Assembly: GCA_964016885.1 (NCBI GenBank)
Contig: OZ024752.1
Location: 44,454,001-44,518,000, forward strand
Length of the DNA: 64,000 nucleotides
Direction of reading: 5' to 3'
Source of the DNA: Eledone cirrhosa
Taxonomy: Eukaryota
Of the stretch, positions 51,441 to 64,000 are shown piece by piece. Position numbers and translations under genes: made by a program. The notes below the pieces were generated by a model that did no database searches, had not been told where the DNA came from, and worked only from the letters and a program-made list of their open reading frames with translations. Position 1 is the first letter of the stretch. Every line of letters begins with the position of its first letter.

Positions 51441-54177
51441 CTGAAGAAGAATAAAAACAAAAAAACATGAGCAATGGAAAAACAATGTGCTATATTCTTA
51501 AATATTACATACATTTTAAAGCCCTACTCCTAGTTAATATTTCAAATTTTTTTTATTAACTAATAATAATTTTTCCGTTAAAAATAATTTCATTATTAGA
51601 CATACAACAAAAGGCCCCAAGATAAATGACTGCAGTTGACATTTTATAGCAAAATTAACCAACATTGCTTAATTTCTCTGTTTCTTCATGCCATAGAACT
51701 GACAATGAAAATGTCCAAATGTGTGAGGTGTGGTTGAATTATGAATGCAGAGATTTAATAGAAGAATTATTTCTACAGTAAGATTAAACAATTCAATAAC
51801 TTAATACAAAAAACAAATTATAGATACTCTAAAACAGTTGACCATCAATTTGTCAATGCCAACAGATATTCAACAGTAAAATAACATCAAAATAAAGGTT
51901 TCTCTACATGCAACATTATTTATTTCAAGTTTATTCTCTCGATATATCTAAATCTTTCACCAATTACATCACTTGATATCTATAATTCTTATAACCAATT
52001 CTCATTAAATGCCCCCATACCTGTTTTTACAAGTAGTCATATCACCATCCTCTTACACAACATCTATTTTTTCTCATCAAATATTCATCCATATTTAGAC
52101 GTCATTGTTATATACTTGACAGGTATATCATACTTCAATATTCTAAAGTACATAATTATCATTAGTTTGTCCGACTTCCTTTCTCAAAATAAAATTAAGA
52201 TCAGTACAGCCATTGTTTAACAATGAAAATATTAAAATCTAAATGTATATACTCAACAAAAATTCACCTTTGTATACTCCCAATAGTTAATAAGTCATTT
52301 ATTACACTGCTCAAGATAAATAGCAATGGAAACAATCAAATTGTGCCAAAGGCAATGATTTCTAGTTGATATAAGACATAACAGTATAATTGTATGAAAA
52401 TTACTTAAAAAAACAAGCATAACTAATAAAAACATCTAAATATAAGCTTAGTTGTTCATTATATTTCATGAAAAACACTTTCAGAATAACTCTTGTTATA
52501 ATGTACATGACATAAAAGTCCTAAGTCTTTGTAATTTGGAACCTTACTCCCATGAGAAACAACATATACAAGTAAGCACACATTTTATTAACAAATGTAG
52601 GTACAAGGTTGGTGGCTCCTTTTTCTTCCATATACAAATTAGTCTGTTGGATAATTATCTCAAACTTAAGAGAAAAGGTTAGTCTATAATAGGCAGTCAT
52701 TAAAAGGTTTTATAGACCCAGGAATGCTTGTGAAAGTTTTTCAATCATTATTGACAACAGTATCAACAGGCAAACAACATTATCCAAATCACTTGAGAAT
52801 TTGTCTAATTCAAAATCAAACAAGTCACAGATCAGAAATATTGCTTTATCTATTTCAAGTACAATATTTTTATCACAACCAATTTATTAATTAAATTATC
52901 AAAAATGTTGTTCATACAATTTTGAGCAACCATATTTCAACAGAATATATCTGGGGAAAATGGATACAAACTTGTTACACATGGAGTGAATAATACATGT
53001 GATAACAAAATATCATAAAAGAAGTGGAAATAGTTTTTTTTCCTTTTGAATAGAGAGTTCCTAATTTCCTTTAAATTCATTGAAAATACAGACAGCAAAC
53101 TTTGTGCAGTCATACACAGTACATGATCTAGTTGACATTGTTACATGGTACAATACTTCAAGAGATTACTGTCATCAACATCACTATATATTACTGATAA
53201 TTAATCCAATAAATAATGCTCCAACAAATATTTTCAAATATAATTATTGTTGGGCAATGTGGACATAGGACTAAGATACAGGATCACTGATTATATTTGC
53301 TCAGAAGCTCAAAATATACTTCACCATTATTTTGTACAAGGCACCAAATACTAAATGCTTCAATTTGAATGACCAAAGAAAAGAAGCTTCACATTCTACT
53401 TCACAATTTAGTAGTTAGTGGTTGAAAACAATTGCTCCAACAAATAAAATTTCCCACTTGAGCATGTATGGAAAAATAGTGGCCTTGTGACAATATTAGA
53501 AACTTAGTTGCATATGAAGTGTGTCAATAACATTTGATAATCATTACAAGATACTCTTTTAAATCTTGTAATGATTTAGTAAAAAACATGAAAAAGTAGG
53601 TTACTTCAAATGTTTTCTAGTATTGCTGTAAGTGGACAGAATGTGAAAATTTACAGTAAAGTAAAAACTTGAATTTTTAATGTGATGAAGTGCTTGCTAT
53701 TTTGTACTTTTCAAGAATGTCTTAATATGGATAAGACATTAATGAGTTTAATTGCAGTTTAATCTTGCAGTATTGGGGGAGTATCAGACAAAATGTTTTG
53801 CTGTACTTGTCAAAACTTTTTACATTCTGAGTTCAAATACCAGTAAATTCAACTTTGGTACCATCTTACAACACACTCTCCCGCAACAAGATGAAGTAGC
53901 ACACTAATTTAGATTTAGTTTAATATTTAAATCAATAACCACAGTTTAGTATGTTGTTTTTTTTTGTTAATTATTGTACCCTATTTTAGAAATTGAAGGG
54001 GGTTTTGAAGCAATAAATCCTATAAACAAATTACAATGGTGTCCCCGAAGTTCACTAACAGGATTTAATTTTATAGAATCAAAAGGTTGCAGAGTACTTG
54101 TACCTTACTGACTCTGTTATTGGCTTTATTCAGTTGTGCCAACTTCAAAAGTGCTGGCAAACAACACTATCATAGAT

Positions 54178-54485
54178 CACCACTGTTTAACATCCATTTT
54201 TCCACACTAGCATGGGTTAGGCGAGTTGTCCTATTGTATGTAAGCCAGATCAGATAACTGTGTCATGCTCATACAGAACTGTTTCTTCTACAGCTGAATG
54301 CTTTTTGTTGTGACACCTACACAATCACTTTCGGTGTGGACTGGGCACATTTTTGTCATGACACCTACACAATCACTTTACGGCGTGGACTAGGCACATT
54401 TTTGTCATGACACCTACACAATCACTTTACGGCGTGGACTAGGCACATTTTTGTCATGACACCTACACAATCATTTGACAGTGGA
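54178..54485 (-). mobile_element. RTE-type 3' tail with internal 48-49-bp tandem repeat (about 3.5 copies)
   Basis: gtttaacatccatttttccacactagcatggg end; tgacacctacacaatcactttacggcgtggactaggcacatttttgtca units. Confidence 0.8.
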
Positions 54486-56057
54486 CAGGGGGTGGGACAT
54501 GTGAGGTTTGGAGAGGTAGATCTAGGGTGGTGCACTTATCTGGAGAAGGGTGAGGTGTAGGGATGTGGATGAAAGATGGGTGGAGTGTTAAAATAACCAA
54601 CTGAAAGAAATTACTGAAATGCAGAGTTCTAGAAAACAATGAGCGACAAAAATCTAACCAATTAACAGAGTAAACTAATTGATATGACATAATTGTAAGT
54701 TTTAATTGGCAATTATAGATTATAGATTTTGAAATATATTTTAATGAACAGAAAATGAAAGTTTGCCCAAGCATGTATATGAGAGAAATAGAGTATATTT
54801 GCTTTAGAAAAGCTACAGTAATTCTATTTTTATTATCTAAACAACCTGCTTTCGTGCTCCAAATATAAACAGCTTGAATTTTTCCCACCCTCCTACTCTC
54901 TAGAAATTAACAGTTGAGTTAACTCAGAACATTTACATTGATACTCTGTAATTGAGGTTAGTTTAAGCCTTATATTGATTTTATCTAAAAGAAATCTATA
55001 ACAAGGAAAATAATTGTTTCTTACGTAGGCATGAAACTGGAAATATTTAGTGGATAAAAGATGGACACGACCTGAAATAGTTCCACTTTAAAAATCAAAT
55101 TTATAGTAATTCATTCTTTTCCCAAAATTATTAGCAAACTAAAGTAGTTGACACAAAGATACAAAAGAACACAATGATTATGTCTGAACTAATTTGTGAC
55201 AATATTTCTAATGAAATAACTATTTCGATTAATGAAGAATTTTGAGAGATTTCACCCAGCAACATAAAAAATGTGAACTGACCCCATCGTGCCCTCCATT
55301 GTCATTCCTTAGTAGCTATTCTAACCATCACAGCACACCCACCACACCTACTCTATTCAGGGCTGCACCCATCCCTCTTAAATCTTGACACACAAGTCAA
55401 AACTCCTTAGTAGTTGTTCTCATGACAGTACCCCACCCCACACACTCAATCAGAGATCACCCTTCCCCCTTCCCACCAGATAGGATCTTGCCATTCACCA
55501 ATGGCATACTTATCCTTCTCCCTCTTCCGATAGGGTAGAGAGAGTTCTTCAGTTGAGTCAATAACTGACAACCCATCTAGTGTTGATGATACAAATGCAC
55601 TAAAAAGACCCTGTGGTTGGTGATAGGAAGAGCATCCAGCTATAGAAAACTTACCAAACAACGCTTCCATAGGAAGCTTCAGTTGTATGAGACATAACAA
55701 CCCACCATGATAAACTACCAGCTGCAATTTATAGAGTGCAACAACATATTTAAACTTCAAATACATGCGACATGGGTGATGATAATTGGTTTTATATATA
55801 ACAAATATAATGAAAGCTTGAAACAAAAGTTTCAAAACTGCTGCAACTATAGTATAAGGAGATGGTTGCAGTGAAACTAAAGGAACAAAGTCCTGCCAGA
55901 ATGATATCCCATTTAACTTACTACCATTTACAGTTGGATATAAAATTTATTTAAATTCCATTTGGTGTGATTAGTCATTGCCAGAACATATCTAATATTT
56001 CAACTTCAATATAAAATTGTAGATAGCCATTAAAGAAAAAAAAAAATCTATTTAGAT

Positions 56058-58362
56058 AAAATGCTCAGACACTTGATTGTCAACAGGTACCAAAGTAAAT
56101 GGCACATTAACGGATGACGAAAAATACACCATCATAGCAATTTACCTTACTAATTATGAAGGATTAAACTGTTCAAATAACTTTAGTTTTAAGGTTATAT
56201 GCAAACTGAAAACTAAATATATTCTATCATACAGCGTGAATAAGTGCAGCATGGTTTTTAATATAACTTCAAAAATAAGATTTGTTTATTAGCTATGGAG
56301 GAATATTCAATTTAGACAAGTACATGTTACTTTCCTATATATATTTGTTTGTTTTTCCTTATTAACCATATAATGGTGGTGTAGGAGCACCATCCTGATA
56401 AATATCTCTGGGATATTTTAAACTTAGTAGAGACCATCCTTCTTCAGATCTAAACACAGTTGATTCCTTCCAGAAGAGAGGGAAAATGACCTCAAAGTGT
56501 AACAAGCAGGTACAAAGGCTGCAAAGCATACTATTTAATGGCTGCTGATTCACAATATATCTATTGACTGGAGTGTCATGGATGGAATGCCTTTTTGATG
56601 TTCCTTCTAAAGTGGATTTTTACATGTAATTATATAAATAATAAAGCAAATATCCAGTACAAATAGCACAAGGTATCATCTTGTCCATACTCAAACAATC
56701 CCGCCTTCCCATTACCCTAGACAGGTATTTTAGCAACCTCAAAGTTCATATCAGAATGGATTAAGTTGGAATAAATAACAATATTTCATTTGATGCTCTA
56801 ATAATTTGCTAGTGTGAGGTAAAATGCTCAGACACTTGAATGTCAACAGGTACCAAAATAAATGGCACATTAACGGATGACGAAAAATACACCATCATAG
56901 CAATTTACCTCACTAATTATGAAGGATTAAACTGTTCAAATAACTTTAGTTTTAAGGTTATATGCAAACTGAAAACTAAATATATTCTATCATACAGTGT
57001 GAATAAGTGCAGCATGGTTTTTAATATAACTTCAAAAATAAGATCTGTTTATTAGCTATGGATGAATACTCATATTAGTTAACTATTAGACTAATTATGT
57101 TTAAAAAAAAAAAAAACTAATATATTTACCTAAGTTTTAACATCATCTCCTTCAAAATAGTCACCTTACGCAGCTATACACTAATCCCAGTATTTCTGCC
57201 ACTTTTGGAATCCGTCCTGGAAGACGTTTTCCATAAGTGAGTCAAGGACCTTCTGCGATTCACTCTGGATCTCGCCAACGGTGCTAAAATGGCAACTTTT
57301 GAGCTACATTTTCAGCTTGGAGAAAAGACAGAAGTCTGTAGGTGGTAAATCTGGTGAATAGGGTGGCTGAGGAAGTGATACAATGTTGTTTTGGGCAAGA
57401 AATACACAAGTGAGGAGAGCTTGGTAACAGGGTGCATTATCACCGTGAAGAATACAATTCTTCACGGTCCACAGATATGGTTACTTAAAATATCGTCCCT
57501 CAAAACGCTGCACAAGAACTCTCGATTGATGATCTGGCCCGGGGGGGGGGGGGGGTTAAAGCGCAATACTGTGGATGAGCATGCCCTTGTCATCTTCGAG
57601 AGATGTACTTCCACTTTTGAAGCACCCGTGCCACTTGAAACGTTGCCCCGTCACCGTAAGCTTACCCAAAGTCTCTGTAGTAGACCTCCCTAGTTGAACA
57701 CAAAATTTCATGGCTATTCTCCAACTTTGTATTCATGTGACCACAGCGATGTCACTGCGCATGCAACTGTGTTGCCATCTGTTGGCACACTACAGAACTA
57801 GTCCAAAAACTCTGATACCACCTCGTATGTTCCTTTCCAATATATTTCTCAGTATGTTTTTCCATATTAACCCTATAATGGTGTCTAGGGACACACAGAT
57901 CTGAACACAGCTCACCTCAAAGTGTAACAAGCAGGAACAAAGGCTGCAAAGCATACTATCTAATGGCTGCTGATTCACAATATATGTATTGACTGGAGTG
58001 TCATGGATGGAATGCCTTTTTGTTGTTCCTTCTAAAGTGGTTTTTACATGCAATTATATAAATAATAAAGCAAAGATCCAGTACAAATACCACAAGGTAT
58101 CCTATCCATACTCAAACAATCCCGCCTTCCCAATACCCTAGACAGGTATTTTATCAACCCCAAAGTTCATCTCAGAATGGATTAAGTTGGAATAAATAAC
58201 ACAATATTCCATTTGATGCTCTAATAATTTGCTAGTGTGAGGTAAAATGCTCAGTCACTTGATTGTCAACAGGTACCAAAGTAAATGGCACATTAACGGA
58301 TGACGAAAAATACACCATCATAGCAATTTACCTCACTAATTATGAAGGATTAAACTGTTCAA
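56058..58362. repeat. Tandem duplication of a unit of about 760 bp (copies start at 56058, 56820 and 58243)
   Basis: taaaatgctcagWcacttgaWtgtcaacaggtacc starts each copy; 56490-56819 recurs at about 57915-58242. Confidence 0.93.
57120..57827 (-). mobile_element. Mariner-type DNA transposon remnant with one intact end
   Basis: Ends gataccacctcgTA (TAcgaggtggtatc terminus); degenerate HPxYSPDL-like region near 57330-57370. Confidence 0.75.
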
Positions 58363-58509
58363 AGAGAGAAGATCAACCCTAGTACAGTACTTAATTTAAC
58401 ATTGGTGGGGTTTGGTGCAAAGTATTCAACATTCAACTGCCAACTACACCCTACTAACCCTAAAATATGTAATGTTAGTACTTTTTGGTGTTACACATAC
58501 TATACTCCT

Positions 58510-58711
58510 CTTAAACCAGCTAGACCTCTCTCACTTCTTTCTCTTCAAACTGGCTGTAACCATTCACTCATACTAACATTAAGGTATCATTCTCAAAATA
58601 AACAACATCAAAATCTCATAGATTCGATATGTGAAATAATTATGTAAGATAAAGCCTTTACTGTGAAAATACAATAGTAAATATAGAATAATGTAAATGC
58701 TAAAGGGTTAA
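58510..58711. mobile_element. Non-autonomous repeat ending aaagggTTAA (piggyBac-like terminus); related copy at about 32750-32945
   Basis: Shared tcaaaataaa...tcaaaatctcatagattc...gtgaaaatacaatagta; TTAAcccttt-type ends also at 31978 and 58954. Confidence 0.5.
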
Positions 58712-61700
58712 GCTGGAAATAGCAGTACATTTTTTTTTTTGCATATTGATAATTTAAGTATTAACAAAAGTAGTTACACAATTATTTACTTGCATACCAA
58801 CAATTGGAGCATATATGTTTAATTCTAGATGACCTTCACATTTCTAAAAAATGGGAGTGACACCTAGACACCTCATGCCAAATATGACTTCTTGAACAAT
58901 GACTTAAAAACATTCTCCAAGGAAGCCATGCCAATTTTCTTTCTTTCAACAGCTTAACCCTTTCACAACTGTATTTCTAATGAAATACACTATTTCATTT
59001 AATGAAGAATTTTGAGATATTTACTAAAATATGGTTCTTATATAAAATTGTTGGAAGATTTCAATTTTAATAGATATCCTTTAAAATAGTTCCAGAGACC
59101 TAGAACCAACTTGGTATACAATAGGACAAGTGTTTTAAGGTCATTTTCCCTAAAGCAGTGGTTAACCTTGTGGGTCTCATGACAAGCTTCACCTCCTCTT
59201 TGCCACCCCTGCTTTTCATATCTTTCGTCTTCTTCCTCTACTACCCCGACAACCACCATTATTCATTTCCATCACTCCTCTCGCTTTCATTCTTTTAACA
59301 CATGACCCAACCATCTCAACATCACTGACTATTCCTTCATCCTCTAACAATTCACAGCCTACCCCTTTGTGATACTCCACATATTCACCAGACCATTTCT
59401 ATTCTTTCCAGCCTTCTTCCATGCCTCCCCCCTTCAGATCCTTTCCACATTACACCACTCATCTCCTACAACTTCTTCCCTGCACATCTCACTCTATGGA
59501 CTATTGCAGAGTCGCTATTCAACATGTCTCCTAGATATCTTTTCAACAGTCACAGTAAAATACTGTATTTATATGAGACTGCACATGAAAACATGTAATA
59601 TTGTATCATATCCATGAGATAGGATGAGAAAGAAAAACAGAGAGAGACCAAAAGAGAGAAACAGACAATAAGAGTGAATAAAAGTTGAAGAAAGTTTAAA
59701 ATCTCAACTCGATGTATTATGACTGGTTAGCTATTATTTAATATCTGTGTATATGGCTAAAACTAAATGAATGACGCATTTATTTACTAAGTTCTTTGCA
59801 AAAACCTATTCAAAAACTTTACAGTAGCCCACAGTACATCCATTTTCAGAAGAAAATTCAGATTCTCTATTTTATTCAGCAAATATTTTCTTCTTTCGTT
59901 TTTGTAATGTGCGCAAAAATATATTGCTACTTTCATGAAATACCTGGGAATTGTTAAGTCCTGCTAATTTATATATTTAAAAAAAAAAATGAACAGGATT
60001 TCCAGAGCTCCACTCCATTTTAAGTGACTTGTAGTACATTAGTCAAAATATTTTGCCGTACAATGGATGTTTTTGCTGTAATCAGAGAACACAGATATTT
60101 CGTACATCTGCACTTATTCTCTGGTTAATAATCTATAACTGTTTTACAACACAAAGTTAGTAAAGCTGAACGGAAACTTAGGATGGAAAAATGATTTTTA
60201 ATCAAGACTATAAATTGGAGTTGACTAAGTATTCAACTAAAATTGAATACAGTTCTCTGCACACTGGGTGTTACTGTGAAATTAGACGAATGAGAGCCAT
60301 TTCAGCAGCTTCTCTTGTGAATATGTTGTCAGTTATATTTTACTGTGGCCGTATGCTATCATTTACTGTTCAAAAGAAGAGGTGAGTGAATTCTTATGTT
60401 AAGAAAACTGGTTGCTTCGATCCTCAAGTTGCCAAATTGACTCTCAAGGGGTTTCTTTCATAGTAATACAATATTGGATACAACTCTGTATATTAAAGTA
60501 ATAAATATCCAACAACTATCACAGTGTAATTCACAGAGAATAGATAATACTTCTAGTGAAATAATAGATATATCAATTCAAAGTGAGATTGGAAGAAAAG
60601 CAACAACAACTCTAACAATAAGATGTTAACCTTCCTTTATGATTTGATGGAGACCAGCTAGACTTCTGCAGGTGTGAAACAACACTAGCAATTGCAACAA
60701 AAAAAACTATTTGAGGATTATCTTATTCTCAATAATTGTTCACACAGAAGCAGTAGAATAGTGTATTTACTGCAGGTTTTCATGGTACCTTCTTTTTCAA
60801 GCAAGCTAAACAGAAGCTAGCAGTTTCACACCAACATTTAATGTACTGTCCTTCTCTCCCATTCTTTTGAACTAGCAAATTATTTGCTAACTGATGAACC
60901 TGCCTTTTAGAATTCCTACACCACTCCTGACTCAATAGTTCTGCAGCCCTTGCTCCTCCACAATTTTCCCTTTGTAGACATTGACCAATAATCACCATCA
61001 ACCTCATCAATCAGAGAGATTCAGCAAAAGATGTGACCATTGCCACTATTTTCAACGATCATTAAATAGAACAAAAATTGTCCCTGAAATATTACTTTTG
61101 TGGTAAAAAGGTTTTCCACATCTGTGATCAATTAATTCAGATTTCACATATACACAAAATTTACATCTAGCACAAGCTCCAAAGTTTAATAAGTTTTGTT
61201 TCAACAGATAGGTGAAATTACTCTGAACCATTTCATCAGAGCACTTCAGTTGATGTCTCAGATAGCTACAGTAGGAAGGCCCAAACTCCTAGTGCATCTT
61301 GTTTATTAAACTATTAACCATGTCTATATTTACATCTAACCCATGCTAGTGTGGAAGATAGACGTTAAATGATGATGATGATCTTCATTACACTTTAATG
61401 GTTTTCGATCCCTACTTGTCTGTGAATGTCTCATTCCTCAATTTAAACTAAAAACAATAATGATCATATTCAAATCAGCAAACTGGTTAAGCCAAAATGT
61501 TGAACACCTTCCAGTATTTGTTGGGGCCCCATGTCCACAGTTAACTTTGCCTTTCAAGGTGTTAACAACCTCATCACATGGGAAATCTGATATGCTAGAG
61601 AAACCATCCAAAGAGGGTCCTATGTGCAGTGTTGTAGAAAACAGTATAAGAACTTCATTACTCTTCTTCTTTGCTTACTTGTTCCCGACAGTGTTGAGGG

Positions 61701-61899
61701 GACAAAGTCCTCAAACACACCTTTCTGAGGGTCCTGTCAAAAGGAACTTTCTCCAGTTGGATCCCCAAGTGACATCAGTTGAGCTCATGGATGTTATCCA
61801 ACCATCTTGCTTGGGATCTTCACAACACTGATTTTCATTCCTGCTGTGCATATTGGAGATTACCTGTCTTAATTAAGAAAGTACCATGTTTGCCGACTA

Positions 61900-62150
61900 A
61901 TCCTACACCAACCAGTCCCGATACCACCACATGTCAATCCTGAACAAGAGATGTGACAGCATGCAACCTTGGAGGAGTCCAACACCCATATAGAATGGTT
62001 TCGGCTTCTGCAGAATCTTCCACAATGGGTCCCATAAAACGCAGTCGTATGCCTCTTTGAGGTCTACAAAACAATCATACACCTTTTGGCACCACGATTT
62101 CTTAAACACCTATTGCAGTGTTTTTGGTCAAGTGTGCTGTGTCCAAGATA
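61900..62150 (-). mobile_element. Decayed RTE LINE RT fragment
   Basis: CFVDLKEAYDCV...LWKIL...GVGLLQGCMLSHLLF. Confidence 0.8.
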
Positions 62151-64000
62151 AAGACCACAGTTTGTCAGCTAACTTGGACTTAACAAAAGATTCTAGTTTA
62201 AATCCAATTTATACACATCTACAACGAAGATGCCAGCTGGAAATCAAATTGATTAAAATTACATATTTTTATCTGTAAAGATGAGGTGAATTGTTGTATA
62301 TTTTGTAAACTAAGTTGCACATCGAGTGGGTAAGATATTTGAATACCGTATTGTCTCAACTTTTTACAGTTTACATAAAAGGTTAATTTCATCCTATATT
62401 TCTGATAATGATAGCCAGGAAGTCACTTAAATTGTAAAATAAATTTTACCTAGTATCATACTAGGGAACATCTACACAATATTTGTTGATCCACTCAATG
62501 ACTTAAGGTCCGAGCTATTCTTAATTCTCCTACAAAAATATCTACAAATGTTTTTAATAATCTGCCAATCGTCACAAACTAAACTAAAATAGAAACTTTA
62601 TTAGGAACTCATTTGCTATAATCTAAATATGTAAAACAGCAATACTGTATTTTAGATTTAAAAATTGTGTGTATTTGTGTGTAGATGGCAACATGTTCAC
62701 CCCAGCCAACAATTGTCACCTGTAAGTTCAATACACTGAATTATACCCAGATCTTACAAAAACAATTCAACTCAATTTCTCACCTGATCCCCTACATCTC
62801 ACATGTCTCCTCAACAGATACACTTCTGTTGGTTAACCTCATCTTCCACAACTGATATTAGTTCTAGATGAGCTTGTCCAACAAAAGTACTACTCCCCAT
62901 AGGTCATTTGTAGTTAATATATAGCAAATAACTAATTCAGATCCTCTTATTTCAGCTAACCCTTAGATGGGACCTTATCAAGCTAAGTGATATGTTACAG
63001 ATATAAGATAATACAATGTAAATGTTTTTAATTATATCAAGTCCATTGTTAAGTTGCAACTGTATTCTAACAAAGCCTTGAGTCAATTCAAACAGTTCAT
63101 GTTTTGACCCCACAAGTGTCTGTGGAATACTCAACCACAACTAGAGTTCATCATGACTTAAGACAAGTATAGGCTTCTTCCCGATGATCTCTTATAATAT
63201 TAAATATTACAACACGTCCTCATCACTGCTTCTATCTAGTCAGATTACTAGATATTAGCTTCAACCTCTACATAGAATTTCTTGGCTTTCAAAGCCCAAT
63301 ACTTATCTCTCATGGCTTAACACTACACTATCACCATATTACCAATGTTAAGCTTCAGATTCTTCCACAAAACTGGTTTGCAGGAGATTATTTCAAAGGA
63401 ACATTCAGCCGTCTTCTGTGTAGTTCTCTAGTCTGAGAAGTACATTCAGGAAACTGGTCTTCACAAAGTAATCTGTACCAATACATCTTTCTTTCATGAC
63501 TTCTACCTTCAACTGACTCTTAAGGGAGTATCCCTTATCCAAATGTGGAGTGGCTGCCCAAGTTAGATTAACCCTGAACTGGATCATTTATACTACAACG
63601 CTAGTTAATACATTGAACAGAAAAATTCCAAGTCATACAATATGCAAATTTGATACAAGTAATCTGACATAAGGTACCAAATTGTTCTTAACTCTTTCAT
63701 TACCATATTTCTATTGAAATAAAATGCCTATGAATTTCAAAATAATCAACAATTTGGAGAAGCTTGACAATATGACTATCTCATTAAGTTAGTGTTTGGT
63801 ATATATATAATGGTAATTCATGTGAGATTACTTGTGACAGATTTGGTACAACTTGTAAACATACCAAGAGGATTTGTGCATTAGTGTATATACACAGGCA
63901 CTCAATCCCCAAATAATAACAGATTTCACTTAACTCTTTTAGTACCAAATCACCCATGGTTCTACAATACTAAACTTTATTATAAAGTGCTTATATTTAT

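Noticed and set aside
56077-57055. Duplicated 71-aa ORFs
   Set aside because: Product of the intronic tandem duplication, antisense to MTA, with no recognisable domain
52000-64000. MTA N-terminal exons (start of BAH domain)
   Set aside because: No YRVGDYVYFE or FYRRRD-like sequence found by eye; LADK near 62165 lies beside LINE debris; the exons are probably beyond the window

Overview
AT-rich, repeat-dense animal genomic DNA. The repeat types (very long (TA)n/(TATG)n tracts, RTE-clade LINE remnants with (GAT)n tails, tRNA-derived SINEs) suggest an octopod cephalopod; this is inference. The main feature is a minus-strand MTA1/MTA3-like gene (NuRD subunit; BAH-ELM2-SANT-GATA finger-C2H2 finger-C-terminal region). 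I traced 15 core coding exons from 49601 to the TGA stop at 21051, all with GT-AG borders and consistent phases, plus two frame-preserving candidate cassette exons (87 nt at 51354-51440 and 90 nt at 29345-29434). I did not find the N-terminal exons, which probably lie beyond 64000. Bases 1-20000 are mostly intergenic: giant microsatellites, LINE, SINE and Gypsy remnants, a MITE-like inverted repeat, and an unexplained 2.4 kb block (7430-9860) made of a GGGAGATAA motif array, a GC-rich island and a mosaic array of potentially hairpin-forming repeats. The MTA introns contain a perfect 83-bp hairpin, a 52-bp hairpin, a candidate recursive splice site and a tandem duplication interrupted by a mariner remnant. 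No prokaryotic-type features are supported, and the long ORFs in the supplied track are microsatellite artefacts.
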